64,000 nucleotides of DNA from Candidatus Obscuribacterales bacterium (GCA_965228855.1 CBDDIJ010000003.1:2592001-2656000), one strand, 5' to 3'. Positions 21,398-33,066 are shown, counted from the stretch's first letter. Made by a program: numbers and translations. Notes: generated from the letters alone by a model not told the origin.

Positions 21398-21630
21398 TTC
21401 GAGGTCGCAATTGCAAGCCGGTTTCGAGCAATTCGAAATCATGGGCTTGCCGATGGCAAATACATTCGGAGGGCGCACTGGTTGCGTCCTCTTTTGCATA
21501 CGCTCCGTTTGCCTGCGTTTGCTTTTAGAAGCGCCGAAAGGAGTAAGATATGCTTTGGAGCGACAAATAAATAGGTGACGACATCGATGGAGCGCCGAAG
21601 AGACTGATGCAGAGCCGAGAGAACAAAACC

Positions 21631-22776
21631 ATGAAACGCGTGTTTGTTTTGATAATGGCGTTTTTAATGGTCGGGACAGCGACGATCGTGGCGCAACCAG
21701 AAGCAGGCGCACGCAATCAGAATCGACTGGACAGACCTCGTGGTCGAGACAAAGGCGACGACGGCGGGTCGGAAGCTGAGAATTTCAGTAGCGATCCGAA
21801 TCGCCCTAACCAATTCGAGCAGTACAACAAGGGGCAGGGCAATCCCAATAGCGACTTCAACATCGGCATCCGGAAAGACGTTATCGATGATGGAGCGACC
21901 GGACTTCAAGGCGGCGTCGGACAACAGGGAACCGCGCCATTGAGCGGTGGCGCCGGTCAACAAGGTCTGAACGGCGGCGTCGGTCAGACAAAACTGAACG
22001 TCAACGTCGGCGATTTTCAAATGCAGACGCCCTCTTATGAAAAACGAAAGCCGCTGAATGCCAGCACCACAACATTCGCCCCTCTTGTCGGCGGAATTAC
22101 TCAAACCGACGTTCAGCGCCTCGAGCAACGCGATGTCGTCTTGATCATCGACCGCTCATTCTCCATGGGAAAAATGGACTGCCCGCCGGCGACCGCTATG
22201 GGACGCGCTGCTGGCGCTCTCGGTTTCGGTCAAAGCAGATGGGACTGGTGCCGAGATCAGACGCGTGGTCTGGCAAACGTAACCAGCTCGTTTAACCGCG
22301 GCGTAAAAATTATGATGTTCTCGCGCGGCTTCGAAGTATTCCCCGATGTGAATATGAACCAGGTGCCAAGCCTCTTTCAACGCTATCAACCAAATCCACT
22401 GCAAGGAACGGATATGGTCGATCCGCTGCGCGCCGTAATCGGAGATTATTTGAAACGCCGCAGCAAAGGTCAAAATCCCAGACCGCTCGCCATAGCAGTC
22501 ATCTTTGATGGGCTGACCAGAAAAGGAACTCTGCCTATACTCAGCAACGCTCTGGTCGATGCCACCAAATACATGCGCGACCCCGATGAAATCAAAATCA
22601 CAATCTTCATCGTTGGAAACCGCGGTCCCAGAGCCCTGGAGCCGACGTTTGAAATGGCGCGTCAACTAAGAAGAAACGGCGCTCGATACAATATTTTGAA
22701 AGTCGTCCCCTTCGATCAGGTCCAGCGAGTCGGTCTGGCAAAATCCCTGGCTGATACTCTCAGACCCGATCAGTAG
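21631..22776 (+). CDS. Secreted vWA-domain protein
   Basis: Signal peptide; Gly/Gln-rich LxGGxGQ repeats; MIDAS-like IIDRSFSM and later AVIFDG. Confidence 0.7.
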   Translation: MKRVFVLIMAFLMVGTATIVAQPEAGARNQNRLDRPRGRDKGDDGGSEAENFSSDPNRPNQFEQYNKGQGNPNSDFNIGIRKDVIDDGATGLQGGVGQQGTAPLSGGAGQQGLNGGVGQTKLNVNVGDFQMQTPSYEKRKPLNASTTTFAPLVGGITQTDVQRLEQRDVVLIIDRSFSMGKMDCPPATAMGRAAGALGFGQSRWDWCRDQTRGLANVTSSFNRGVKIMMFSRGFEVFPDVNMNQVPSLFQRYQPNPLQGTDMVDPLRAVIGDYLKRRSKGQNPRPLAIAVIFDGLTRKGTLPILSNALVDATKYMRDPDEIKITIFIVGNRGPRALEPTFEMARQLRRNGARYNILKVVPFDQVQRVGLAKSLADTLRPDQ

Positions 22777-22826
22777 AAACGGCAACACCAGCTTGTTTTT
22801 CCTGCGATACGGCGAGGTTTCGTTCG

Positions 22827-23099
22827 CTACTCAGAAGCAGAATCTTCGCCCTTGGTGATGATACCCTTGGCGCGATAGGGGTTTTGAAACTTTACCAGAG
22901 CAATGATGGACGTCGTCGCTAGAATGCCGGTGAGCGTGATGAAGCCCCAGCCGGCCGGCTCGTTGTTGTACAAACAGAAGACCCCTGCAGAAAATACCAC
23001 ACAGGACAAGAATAGAGAAAGCGGGATGAATAGCGCTTTTATCGACTGAAAGAGTTCGGCGCGCTCGGCCCGTTCTGCTTCGCTCAATTCTTTTTTCAT
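22827..23099 (-). CDS. Small two-TM membrane protein
   Basis: Two hydrophobic segments; GAGG upstream. Confidence 0.65.
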   Translation of the reverse strand: MKKELSEAERAERAELFQSIKALFIPLSLFLSCVVFSAGVFCLYNNEPAGWGFITLTGILATTSIIALVKFQNPYRAKGIITKGEDSASE

Positions 23100-23300
23100 A
23101 GTGCTTCTATCTCATCCTCTTACCGAAAAGCGCTCGCGGTGCGGAGCCTTGGCTCGACGTATGCATCACATATACTTTCGGCTATTCATATTAGCATCGC
23201 ACATCTAGAAATATAGCTGGTTCTCACGATTTCTGAGTTTTCTTGACTTAATGATAAACTTGCATCATCCTCGTTTTTACTGGAAAGAAGCGGATATCGG

Positions 23301-25037
23301 TTGGACATACAAGAAGTAAGAGGCTCGCAAACTGAGATCGCTTGTAGCACTTCCGAGCAGGCAGCGACCTGCCCCGGGTGCGCTTCCGTAGTCGTTCCTG
23401 GCGATCGCTTCTGTCAGGAATGCGGCACCAGAATTGGTACCACTCGGTCCAAGCGCCAAGGTCGGGAATCGAATGAGAGCCGCGCGGAAAGGACCAGAGC
23501 ATCGATAATTTGCATCAATTGCGGAACGACAAATGAACCATCGTCAAACGAATGCGGCGATTGCAAAATTCCGCTAATTCAGCAGAAGGAACGACGCGAA
23601 GACTCGCGGGTTGAACGCATGGGTCTGCGAGGTTCGCTTACGGCAAGATCGACTAAGAGAAAACGTCCAGACCTGGCAAGCGCAAGCGAGAATGCATCGA
23701 GCAATAAGGCGACGCGAAACGATATCCTCTCGAGTTCAATCGTTCCAAACGCCGTTTCAAACGCCACCATTCCGAACGCTCCCGTTCCAAACATTCCCGT
23801 ATCAAGCAGCACCGTTTTAGACGGCACCGTTTCAATCGCGCCCGAGAACTCAGTGCCGCAGACAACGAATACAGTTGACATCAAAACAGAGGAGACGAGG
23901 AACAGCCGCAAACAGCGGCTGCCGCGGTTTACACGAGGAGCTGATGCATTTTGGTTCGCCGGAGAGAAATCGAACGATCAAGCTGCACTCGACTTCCTCT
24001 ACCCGACTGACGAACTGAGCGCCCAAAAGCTACAGGCAGAACCTTTCGACCAGATCATAGACGAAAGCCGCAAACCCAGCTTGTTTTCGCTGAGCGCAGC
24101 ACTGTTTAACATCGAAAGTCTCGTCGAAAGAATTCCACTTCCGCTCGTGTTTCTCGGTGTGAGTCTCGTCATCATTCTTGCCACCGCCAATGCCACCACG
24201 CAGTGGAATCGCCACGAGCAAAGATTGGCGGCTATAGATAAGATCGCAACAAACGCGGAAAACGATATGCTGACATATCGACTCGATGATGCCATCAACA
24301 CACTGCAAGAACTAGAGAAAACTGAAAACGGCGACCTCCCCCCACGCGCACGAGCGATTCTCAACCAGAGCCTCTGGCTTCGCTCCTACGCGCGCGCGAA
24401 AAAACAGCAATATGCCAAGGCAATAGCCGACCTGTCCGCCGTCACTTCGACATTCATTTCATACGATGACGTAAAAGAGAAATCAGCCGAATACAAAAAG
24501 CTTCTCTCAGCTCATCCTGAGTTTGCCGACCTCAGCCAAACGAAAAGAGACGAGCCGGCAATTCCAGGAGTTTCAGAACAACACCGCGCGAAGAGGAAAA
24601 CTATCGCATCGTCGACTGAACAGAGCATGCCTGGCACGCCAAAACGCTCTAAAACAGACTCGGCCGACGAAGCGGTTTTGACGCAAGCGTCAGAACGAGC
24701 CCTCAGGCGAGTGGCTGCCGAGCGCGCAGAGCGAGTCCATGGCCCTCACACATCAGCTGACGATCAGTCTTCGGAAAAGCCGAGACCTCCCGTGGACAAA
24801 CAGAAACAGTCAAAATCGGTTTCGAATAAACCGGATTCAATCAAAGCAGATTCAACATCCGCCAAGAAAAAGAAAAGCGGCAAAACCGATGCGGCACTCC
24901 TGGACGCGGATATGAAGCGTTACAGCGGCTTACTGGTCGAATACTTCTCCAGAGCCGAATCCAGCCGCGGCAGCGGACAAATTACGGAGCCGCCATCCTA
25001 CGAAGAGTGGTCGGAGGGTGGCAAGCGTGATTTCTAG
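23301..25037 (+). CDS. Double Zn-ribbon, single-TM, TPR-like helical protein
   Basis: CPGC...FCQECG and CINCG...CGDC ribbons; TM LVFLGVSLVIILATA; degenerate 15-nt repeats near 23741-23840. Confidence 0.7.
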   Translation: MDIQEVRGSQTEIACSTSEQAATCPGCASVVVPGDRFCQECGTRIGTTRSKRQGRESNESRAERTRASIICINCGTTNEPSSNECGDCKIPLIQQKERREDSRVERMGLRGSLTARSTKRKRPDLASASENASSNKATRNDILSSSIVPNAVSNATIPNAPVPNIPVSSSTVLDGTVSIAPENSVPQTTNTVDIKTEETRNSRKQRLPRFTRGADAFWFAGEKSNDQAALDFLYPTDELSAQKLQAEPFDQIIDESRKPSLFSLSAALFNIESLVERIPLPLVFLGVSLVIILATANATTQWNRHEQRLAAIDKIATNAENDMLTYRLDDAINTLQELEKTENGDLPPRARAILNQSLWLRSYARAKKQQYAKAIADLSAVTSTFISYDDVKEKSAEYKKLLSAHPEFADLSQTKRDEPAIPGVSEQHRAKRKTIASSTEQSMPGTPKRSKTDSADEAVLTQASERALRRVAAERAERVHGPHTSADDQSSEKPRPPVDKQKQSKSVSNKPDSIKADSTSAKKKKSGKTDAALLDADMKRYSGLLVEYFSRAESSRGSGQITEPPSYEEWSEGGKRDF

Positions 25038-25098
25038 ACTTCTTCACTGCGTCCTCACTCTAATTTTGCCATAATCAAATTTGCAAAGGCTCGCGTGC

Positions 25099-27510
25099 AT
25101 GTCAACAGAGAAGCGAATCGATAAGTATTACAAGAGAAAGAACGCCGAGCGTCGTGCGGCGGAGGAAGAAGCTGCCGAGCCACAGGTATCGACGCTTTCC
25201 ATGCCTGAAGTGGACTGGAAGCGCAGCGGCAAAATCGCAGCAGTCATTGCGGTTGTTTGCTTCATTTGCTATCTGTGGACACTCTGGGGTGGATACGTTT
25301 ACTGCGATTCGTTCAACATCACGCCCTTCCGTACGGTAACCCGTGAGTGGGGGCAATCCCTGCTTTATATGATCGCCGACGCTTTCGTCGAGCCACTTTC
25401 GCAACCCCTTGTGCGCGCTACGTACGCGACCGATATCGCTTTCGGGACATACAGTTCGCAGGCGGTTTTCCACGGTGACAGCATGTGCTTGCACATCGCT
25501 AACTGCGTCGTGCTCTTCATTTTTGCCTTCACGCTCGCTTCTTTGAACAATCAAAAGAAGAAACGGCTTGAAGTCGATCCCTATGCGGTAGGCGCCGGAA
25601 CTGCGCTACTTTTCGCCTGCCACCCGCTTGCAAGTGAAGCGGTTGCATACATTTCGGCTCGCTCAGCGCTTCTTGTAACTCTCAATTATCTGCTTGCTCT
25701 ACTATGCTTCCTGCGCGGCTTTCACGCAAAGGTCATCAAAGACAGCTTGATCGGATACGGTTTTTGCTACCTGTTTATGCTGTTCGCCATCTGGTCCGGC
25801 TCTCAAGGACTTACCGCGGCGACAGCAATGATCGCTCTGGCACTTTTGGTTAAACCAAAGGATGAAACCGTTGGTCGCTGGGTAGGAACACGCCCACTAG
25901 AACTTTTCTCAATCGCTCTGGTGGCTCTGGTAGTACCATTTGTCTTACTTCTAAAATACAAAGCGCCGGTCGGTAACGGTTTCGGTCTTGAAACCCTCCC
26001 AGCCGTTCCTTACATCGCAACACAATGCAAGATGCTGCTCGTTTACTACCTGAGGGTTTTGGTCCTGCCCTTCGGCTTGAGTCTTGATCCGCCTTTTGGC
26101 ACCGCATCAGGTTTTTCCGATCCACTGGCCATTGCCGGAGCCTTGATACCGTTTGGAATACTTGCTCTGGCCTGGAAATATCGAGCATCACTATTGGTAT
26201 CATTTCCTCTTGTGCTTTTCGTCCTCGGTCTATTGCCGGACTTCCTGATCCCACAGCCGGAGCTGATGTCAGACAGGCGAATGTATCTTTCGCTTGCGGC
26301 GGTATCGATACCGGTCGGTTACCTTATCGCTCGCTGCGCAGAGAAGCGCCTGGTCGCGACAATGGTGGTCGGCGGCTTAGTTATCGCAACGTTCGCCGGA
26401 CTGACCAACTGGCGCAACTTCGCCTGGCAGAAAGACAGCCGCCTCTGGGAAGACGCCTATAATATGAACAAAAACAGCGAACGCAGCCGCGTGATGCGCG
26501 TCTGGGGGCTGTCCCGCGGTCAGATAGATAAGGCCCGTGAACTGGCGGAACAGGAAGTAAAAACGTTTCCAAACTCGGCGATACTATATCTGGTGCTCGG
26601 AAAAGGCAGCATCGCCGGAAAGAAGTTTGCCGAGGCGAAGAAAAATTACGAGAAGGCTCTGGCACTCGCCGACAAGCAGAACCTTTCACCCGAGATCGTC
26701 TGGGATATGCAATATGGCATGGCCTATGCGTCTCTCCAGACAGAAGACATGGAAAACGCGAAAAAATACGCGGACCTGGCCATGGAATCACAGCCCAACA
26801 ACGCTGTCCTCCGGATTATTCGGGGCGAATATTTCTTGGCCGAGAATCAGCCCCAGGCAGCCATTGTCGAACTCAACAAAGCCCACTCGCTTGACCGATA
26901 CAACCCTGAAGTTCTACCTCCGCTCGCACGGGCAGCGCTTGGATGCGGCACCAAAGAATATCAAGATCTGGGCTACCAGGCCGCCATACTTGCCGGGAAG
27001 ATACACAACGATAGCCGCCTCGAACTGTTGAAAGCATATGGCGCTCTGGAAACAGGTCGCGTTTACGAAGCGATGATGTACATGGATAAGTACAAGCTCG
27101 AAAACCCGATGACACCGGAGTATTACTACATTCTTTACGGCATTCTCAAACGACTTGGCGCGGAGAAGGAGTCCATAAAAGCGTTAAAAGTCGCTACCAC
27201 AGCAGATCCGGACATCACCAAGAAAATTCGTCTGTATTTAAACCGACCGATTATTCTTCCGGAAGGCGCACCGAAAGTGAAGTTGCCGAACATGGAAGGT
27301 CTGCCGACTCCATTCATCGATGCTCAAAAAGGTCCGCGGCAACGCAGCGCGCCGCCGATCGCGGACGGACAGAAGAAGCCGGGCGCAGATATCCCATCCA
27401 ACACCATACCTCTGCCTCTAAAGGCGCCCAAAGGCGAATTCCTGCCGACTCAGCCGGCCCCCGCAACGCAGCAGCAGAGCCAGCCGAACAAGCCTCCCGC
27501 AAAGCCGTAA
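25099..27510 (+). CDS. Multi-TM TPR protein, TMTC/GT-C glycosyltransferase-like
   Basis: LFACHPLASEAVAYISARS, DRRMYLS, RNFAWQKD..LW motifs typical of TMTC-like proteins; C-terminal TPR-like helices. Confidence 0.75.
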   Translation: MSTEKRIDKYYKRKNAERRAAEEEAAEPQVSTLSMPEVDWKRSGKIAAVIAVVCFICYLWTLWGGYVYCDSFNITPFRTVTREWGQSLLYMIADAFVEPLSQPLVRATYATDIAFGTYSSQAVFHGDSMCLHIANCVVLFIFAFTLASLNNQKKKRLEVDPYAVGAGTALLFACHPLASEAVAYISARSALLVTLNYLLALLCFLRGFHAKVIKDSLIGYGFCYLFMLFAIWSGSQGLTAATAMIALALLVKPKDETVGRWVGTRPLELFSIALVALVVPFVLLLKYKAPVGNGFGLETLPAVPYIATQCKMLLVYYLRVLVLPFGLSLDPPFGTASGFSDPLAIAGALIPFGILALAWKYRASLLVSFPLVLFVLGLLPDFLIPQPELMSDRRMYLSLAAVSIPVGYLIARCAEKRLVATMVVGGLVIATFAGLTNWRNFAWQKDSRLWEDAYNMNKNSERSRVMRVWGLSRGQIDKARELAEQEVKTFPNSAILYLVLGKGSIAGKKFAEAKKNYEKALALADKQNLSPEIVWDMQYGMAYASLQTEDMENAKKYADLAMESQPNNAVLRIIRGEYFLAENQPQAAIVELNKAHSLDRYNPEVLPPLARAALGCGTKEYQDLGYQAAILAGKIHNDSRLELLKAYGALETGRVYEAMMYMDKYKLENPMTPEYYYILYGILKRLGAEKESIKALKVATTADPDITKKIRLYLNRPIILPEGAPKVKLPNMEGLPTPFIDAQKGPRQRSAPPIADGQKKPGADIPSNTIPLPLKAPKGEFLPTQPAPATQQQSQPNKPPAKP

Positions 27511-27537
27511 AACCGCTTCGAACTCGATTAGGAACCG

Positions 27538-28905
27538 TTAGAGTTCGATATCCCGGTGTTTGAACTGGCGCGCGTTCTCACCGCTGTAGTCCTCGACAAC
27601 ATGCCCTTTACCGGCCAGCTTGTACTTGTAGGTTACAAGACCTTCCAAGCCGACTGGACCACGCGGATGCATCTTGTTGGTGCTGATACCGACTTCCGCT
27701 CCGAACCCATAGCGAAAACCGTCCGCGAATCGTGTCGATACATTCCAATAGACGCCGGCCGAGTTTACCGCTTTGAAAAAGGCTTCGTAGGTGGCCGGCT
27801 CAGCAGTGACGATGGTGTCGGTATGGTTTGAACCATACTGATTTATGTGATCGATAGCTTCCTCGATTGAATCGACCACCTTAACAGCAAGAATCAAATC
27901 GCTGAACTCAGTCGTCCAATCTTCACTCGTCGAACGAACCAGCAGCGGAAACTTTTTGCTCTCCGAGCCGGTTTCCGGAGCCCCTGGCTCTGACTCGATG
28001 ATCTCAAACGCACGATTATCAGCGCGCAGTTCAACGCCTTTTGCAAAGAGCGCCCGGGCAACCTTCGGCAGATAGGCACCAGCAATGGTGCCATGCACCA
28101 ACAGAGTTTCAATAGCATTGCAGGCGGCAGGATACTGAACTTTGGCATCAACAGCCAGCTTCACAGCCATATCAATGTCCGCATCCTCATGCACATAGAG
28201 TGCGCACAATCCTTCAGCATGACCTAACACCGGAATGCGCGTATTGTCTTGCACATAGCGAACAAGTTGATTAGAACCACGTGGAATAATCAAATCGACC
28301 AGACCATCAGCCTTGAGAATAGACTCTATTTCCTCTCGTTTATGAAGGAGGACGAGTGATTGCGAGGGCAAACCCTTTTCACCAAGAGCCTGTTGCAAAC
28401 ACTCGAAGAGAACAGTTAATGTGAAACGAGCTTCTTTACCGCCTTTCAGTATCGCCACGTTGCCCGAGCGGATAGCAAGCGATGCGATTTGTGGCAAGAC
28501 ATCAGGTCGCGATTCGAATATAACTGCGATCACACCAATCGGTGACGTAACTCTGTACAGCTTCAGTCCATCGTCGAGCTCACGAGCCAGCGAAATCGCC
28601 CCGACCGGATCGGGCAGTGTCGATACTTGCCTTACACCCTCGACTATCGTCTTCAGTTTATTCTCATCGAGTTTTAACCGATCATACATACTTCGGCTTA
28701 TTTCGCCGGTTTCCAGCAGTTTCGCGGCCCGCTGCATATCGTGTTTGTTTGCAGACAAAATCTCGTCCACCCGCCGGTCTATAAAGAATGCCATCCTTTC
28801 GATCACTTCTTGCCGCTGCGCTGGCGAGAGCGATGCTAGTGCCGTTGAGGCTCTCTTCGCTGCAGTAAGGATTTCGAACAAAGGGGATTCTGCGGTCGAG
28901 GTCAT
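27538..28905 (-). CDS. proA: Glutamate-5-semialdehyde dehydrogenase
   Basis: PIGVIAVIFESRP, ILKGGKEA, ACNAIETLLVH, STRFADGFRYGFGAEVGIST. Confidence 0.98.
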   Translation of the reverse strand: MTSTAESPLFEILTAAKRASTALASLSPAQRQEVIERMAFFIDRRVDEILSANKHDMQRAAKLLETGEISRSMYDRLKLDENKLKTIVEGVRQVSTLPDPVGAISLARELDDGLKLYRVTSPIGVIAVIFESRPDVLPQIASLAIRSGNVAILKGGKEARFTLTVLFECLQQALGEKGLPSQSLVLLHKREEIESILKADGLVDLIIPRGSNQLVRYVQDNTRIPVLGHAEGLCALYVHEDADIDMAVKLAVDAKVQYPAACNAIETLLVHGTIAGAYLPKVARALFAKGVELRADNRAFEIIESEPGAPETGSESKKFPLLVRSTSEDWTTEFSDLILAVKVVDSIEEAIDHINQYGSNHTDTIVTAEPATYEAFFKAVNSAGVYWNVSTRFADGFRYGFGAEVGISTNKMHPRGPVGLEGLVTYKYKLAGKGHVVEDYSGENARQFKHRDIEL

Positions 28906-28930
28906 GCTAATCTGCACCTTCTAAATTCGT

Positions 28931-30181
28931 TTATTCCTTCGCGAGAAACGCGATATTGTCTCGCGTAATCACCGCATCATAGTTTCGATCTTGAACAACA
29001 TTTGCGATCTCCTCCGACTTCTTGCCTGACAGGAGCCGCGTCTCGTCACTGCTGTAGTTTACTATACCTCTGGCAAACTCTTTACCGTGTTCGTCGATAA
29101 TGCTGACGACGTCGCCGCGTTTGAAAGCACCATTTACTTCTGTGATTCCGGCACCAAGTAGACTGGCTTTGCGTTTGACCAGAGCCTCCCTGGCACCATC
29201 GTTTACACTTACAGAGGCGTTCACGGTCGTGGCATAAGCAATCCAGCGTAGCTTTCCGCCCATCGCTTTCTTCGGTAGAAAAAGCGTTCCCAACTCTTCA
29301 CCGGCAAAGAGTCGCCCGATTACAGCCGGATTCTTGCCACCGGCGATAATGCAAGCACAACCCGCTTGAGTGGACACCTTGGCCGCTTCAAGTTTGGTCT
29401 TGATTCCGCCGCGTCCAACCCCTGAGCCAGTGGATTTTTTTTCAACCTTCTTATCGCTCGCTTTTTTCTTACCGTCACCGACATCCTCTGAGTCTTCCGG
29501 CTTCGCCTTGTTATCCTCAGCCATCAGTTCGATGACGTCGGTAACGAGAGGCACCAGCGTCGCGCTAGCATCGACTCTGGGGTCGGCGGTGTATAAACCC
29601 TCAACGTCAGTCAGAATCAGTAGAATCTCCGCATCCATTTTGCTTGCGACTAAAGCAGAAAGTTTGTCGTTGTCGCCAAAATTCACCTTGCGAGCCGGGT
29701 TCGCTGAAATCGCCTCAAGCTCGATTGTCGAGACGGTATCGTTCTCATTGATAATCGGCAAAACCTTCAAGCGCACCAGTTCCGAAATGGTGCTGCGCAG
29801 ATTCAAATAACGATTGCGATTCGAAAAATCATCTTCAGTCAACAAAATCTGAGCAGTCGTGATACCAAGTTTTTCAAAAGCGTCGGCATACATCGACATG
29901 AGCAAACCCTGACCGACCGCGGCACAAGCCTGCTTCAACGGTAATTCTTTAGGCCGTTTTTCCAGGTTCAATCTTTTGACGCCTAAACCGACCGCGCCTG
30001 ATGTAACTAATAAGACTTCCTTACCACCTTTAATCAGGTCCGCGATGCCCTCGACAAAGGAGTAGAATCGGCTCAATGCCACTCCCCCCTCTTCACGCAT
30101 GAGGACGGCGGTACCAAGTTTTACCACCACACGCTTTGCATCCTTAAGGACTTTCTGTCTTTCGACGTTTGCTTCAGCCAT
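28931..30181 (-). CDS. proB: Glutamate 5-kinase with PUA domain
   Basis: VVVKLGT, VTSGAVG, AAVGQ, PIINENDTV, FGDNDKLSA. Confidence 0.98.
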   Translation of the reverse strand: MAEANVERQKVLKDAKRVVVKLGTAVLMREEGGVALSRFYSFVEGIADLIKGGKEVLLVTSGAVGLGVKRLNLEKRPKELPLKQACAAVGQGLLMSMYADAFEKLGITTAQILLTEDDFSNRNRYLNLRSTISELVRLKVLPIINENDTVSTIELEAISANPARKVNFGDNDKLSALVASKMDAEILLILTDVEGLYTADPRVDASATLVPLVTDVIELMAEDNKAKPEDSEDVGDGKKKASDKKVEKKSTGSGVGRGGIKTKLEAAKVSTQAGCACIIAGGKNPAVIGRLFAGEELGTLFLPKKAMGGKLRWIAYATTVNASVSVNDGAREALVKRKASLLGAGITEVNGAFKRGDVVSIIDEHGKEFARGIVNYSSDETRLLSGKKSEEIANVVQDRNYDAVITRDNIAFLAKE

Positions 30182-30191
30182 GGCTCAAATC

Positions 30192-32315
30192 TCACTCAGA
30201 TCGTTTCAACGTCGTTCGCAGTTCACTTGCATCAACTATTGGCTGTTTGCAAGTAAACTTCTCGCAAATGTAGACCGTCGGCTTACCGTTCTCGGCGGTC
30301 CGACCGCTGAGAAGCGGACTGGACAACTGTTTTATGTTTTCAGTACTTGTGACGAGAACAACTTTGTCAGGATCAAACTGTTCATAGATCGGAAATAGAA
30401 CTTCCGAATTGTCTTGCCCGCTTTCTGAAACAACCACCACTTCTTTAATGGGATGAAGATAGAAATCCAGCGCACAAAGACTGTTTGCGAATTCACTTGG
30501 TCCCTTCACCAGGTACTCACCGTACAGGCGCAAGATTGTGCGCGCGGACTCACGATACGATTCTTCGCCCGTTAATTTTTCCAGGCGCAGAAGATTGAGA
30601 AGCGCAACGGAAGCGCCTGAGGGAACAGAGCCGTCAAAGTGATTCTTCGGACGCACGATTAACTCTTCGTGTGTATCGCTCGTGTAGTACAGACCACCAC
30701 TCTCGTCGTCCCAGAAGTGAGCGAGCATATGATCGGTCAGCTTGATTGCGGTGGTGAACCAGCGAGGATCTTCATCGACCGAGGCCAGGTCGAGAAGCGC
30801 TTGAACAAAGTAAGAGTAATCGTCCAGATAACCCGGCAACTTGGCTTTGCCCTGCCCCCATGTCCGAAGCAATTCACCATCTTGAAACAGATTATTGAAA
30901 ATAAAGTTGGCGGCGGTTTTCGCTTCATCAAGATAGTCGGATTTTTTCGTCACCCGATATCCATCGACATAAGCTGAAATCATCAAGCTGTTCCAACTCG
31001 TCAAAACCTTTTCGTCACGCCCTGGTCTAATACGCTCAGCGCGCTTAGTAAGCAACTTTTCTCGCATCGGATTCAACTTCGCGTTGAATTCGTCGTACGT
31101 CATATTGTTTTCTTTTGCGAGTTCTTCCGGCGTTTTTTTATAATGGAGCGCACTGGTGCCATGCTCAAAATTACCAGTCGAGGTCACGCCGTAGAGCTCG
31201 CATAGCCAGTTGCCATCATCGTTACCAAGGACTTCTTTGATTTGTTCCGGAGTCCAGACGTAGAACTTCCCTTCCTCCCCTTCGCTATCTGCATCAAGGC
31301 TGGAATAGAAGGCACCATTATCGGTGCGCAATTCGGCGGATGTGAACTTCAGAATTCCTTCGGCTACATCCCTGAAGTATTGCCGCCCCGTGAGACTGTA
31401 AGCTTCAAAATAAGTGGAGCATAGCAAGGCATTGTCGTACAACATCTTCTCGAAGTGCGGAATCAACCATTGCCTGTCAACAGAGTAACGAGCGAATCCG
31501 CCGGCGAGATGGTCATGAATTCCGCCCATTGCCATGCGCTCAAGCGTGGTTTGCACAAGCTCCCGGCACTCGATTCGATCGCTGGATTTTGCTTCTTTCG
31601 TTCGTATCGAATAACGCATAGCCAGCATAAGACTGAATGTGTGCGGGAACTTAGGCGCGCCGCCAAATCCACCCCACTTCGCATCAAAACGCGATATCAA
31701 TCGCGTGATCGCACCGGATATGGTTTCCATGTTTAAAAACCGATCCGCTTTTTCGACCTCGGCACTCTCAGCTCCAACTCCGATTTCGAGCATTTTCAGA
31801 TGATGTGTGACGTCGGAGGCGCTCTCCAAAACTTCGTCTCGGCGCTCTTCCCAGGCTGAGCTTATCCCGAAAAGGATTTTCTTAAAAGACGGCATTCCAT
31901 GTTTATCCACAGGCGGAAAGTACGTCCCTGCAAAGAACGGTTTTAAATCCGGTGTTAGAAAAACGGTCATCGGCCAGCCCCCGTGACCGGTCATGAGCTG
32001 GACGGCTTTCATGTAAATCTCATCGATATCGGTTCGTTCTTCTCTGTCAACTTTGATGTTGATGAACTTGGCATTCATCACCATCGCAGTTTCAGAATCC
32101 TCGAAAGATTCATGCTCCATCACGTGGCACCAGTGGCAGGCTGCGTAGCCTACCGAAAGCAGGATGGGACGTTGCTCGGCGCGTGCACGTTCCAGTGCTT
32201 CAGCTCCCCACGGATACCAATCGACCGGATTATAAGCATGTTGCAAGAGATACGTACTGGTTTCGTTAATTAGCCTGTTAGGCTCACCGCGCTTTGTCTC
32301 GGTTCCTGTAGCCAT
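30192..32315 (-). CDS. YyaL/SSP411 (DUF255) thioredoxin-domain protein
   Basis: [55 protein letters not shown]. Confidence 0.95.
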   Translation of the reverse strand: MATGTETKRGEPNRLINETSTYLLQHAYNPVDWYPWGAEALERARAEQRPILLSVGYAACHWCHVMEHESFEDSETAMVMNAKFINIKVDREERTDIDEIYMKAVQLMTGHGGWPMTVFLTPDLKPFFAGTYFPPVDKHGMPSFKKILFGISSAWEERRDEVLESASDVTHHLKMLEIGVGAESAEVEKADRFLNMETISGAITRLISRFDAKWGGFGGAPKFPHTFSLMLAMRYSIRTKEAKSSDRIECRELVQTTLERMAMGGIHDHLAGGFARYSVDRQWLIPHFEKMLYDNALLCSTYFEAYSLTGRQYFRDVAEGILKFTSAELRTDNGAFYSSLDADSEGEEGKFYVWTPEQIKEVLGNDDGNWLCELYGVTSTGNFEHGTSALHYKKTPEELAKENNMTYDEFNAKLNPMREKLLTKRAERIRPGRDEKVLTSWNSLMISAYVDGYRVTKKSDYLDEAKTAANFIFNNLFQDGELLRTWGQGKAKLPGYLDDYSYFVQALLDLASVDEDPRWFTTAIKLTDHMLAHFWDDESGGLYYTSDTHEELIVRPKNHFDGSVPSGASVALLNLLRLEKLTGEESYRESARTILRLYGEYLVKGPSEFANSLCALDFYLHPIKEVVVVSESGQDNSEVLFPIYEQFDPDKVVLVTSTENIKQLSSPLLSGRTAENGKPTVYICEKFTCKQPIVDASELRTTLKRSE

Positions 32316-32319
32316 TCTC

Positions 32320-33066
32320 TTAGTCTCCATGCTCCTTGATTGCATCCAGGAGTCCATCGTAAAGGTGAACGTTAGCGGCGAGAGTGTTGGTGAATCCAAA
32401 CTCGACGGCCTCACGCGCATTATGTTTATCAATGAAATATTCAGCCAGTGCAAGCGACTCCTCACCGTGATCGCATTCCACGTTCACATGGTCGAACCAG
32501 CGGTGGTCAGCCAGTTGAAATTTGCGAAAAGCAACTTGCATGGCTTTGAATTCTTCAATCGCCATAAGCTCGGTCGCGGTGATAGCACCGGCTGTGATGG
32601 CAGGTCCGCGCATGTCCTTTATCGGTTTACCATCCTCGCCGGTGGGCTGGTAAAAATCGACGACTGTGCGCATGTACATTCGCACTCCGCACTTTACCAG
32701 GCCTTCGTTTCGGATCATAGTATCAGATTCGATACCACCCATTTTGCAGACGCGATCGATCACATCGTGCAACTGACCTTCATGGCACCTGGTGTAGTCT
32801 CCGTTTCCATATTCGTTCCGCACATTTTCCAATACGAAACCTACGGCCGGTTCCGGCATGTACGCAGCAGCACTCAATAACAAACGGCGCAACAACCCTG
32901 CATGCATGTCATAGTTGACGAGCATCGCGGAAGCCTGCGCAGGCGTCAGCGGCTGCTCGTCGGCTCGATTCAATCGCTCGAACAATGGATGTTTCGCGCA
33001 GGGGTGCGAGGACGCTGTTTCTTTCAAATACGCTGCGCTAGTCGCAGCGACTCCGTTTAGCAACAT
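32320..33066 (-). CDS. Heme-oxygenase-like diiron (HDO, PqqC/CADD-like) iron-containing redox enzyme
   Basis: HPLF N-terminus, ENxxNEYGxG...[15 protein letters not shown] ligand pattern. Confidence 0.75.
   Translation of the reverse strand: MLLNGVAATSAAYLKETASSHPCAKHPLFERLNRADEQPLTPAQASAMLVNYDMHAGLLRRLLLSAAAYMPEPAVGFVLENVRNEYGNGDYTRCHEGQLHDVIDRVCKMGGIESDTMIRNEGLVKCGVRMYMRTVVDFYQPTGEDGKPIKDMRGPAITAGAITATELMAIEEFKAMQVAFRKFQLADHRWFDHVNVECDHGEESLALAEYFIDKHNAREAVEFGFTNTLAANVHLYDGLLDAIKEHGD

Noticed and set aside
821..21712. Numerous antisense and alternate-frame ORFs over ribosomal genes
   Set aside because: Shadow ORFs of conserved genes with no recognisable motifs
32316..32465. Extended N-terminus of the YyaL ORF in the ORF track
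   Set aside because: Overlaps the HDO gene; family similarity begins after ATG 32315
33057..33065. Selenocysteine read-through at the TrxB C-terminus
   Set aside because: The stop codon is TAA, not TGA
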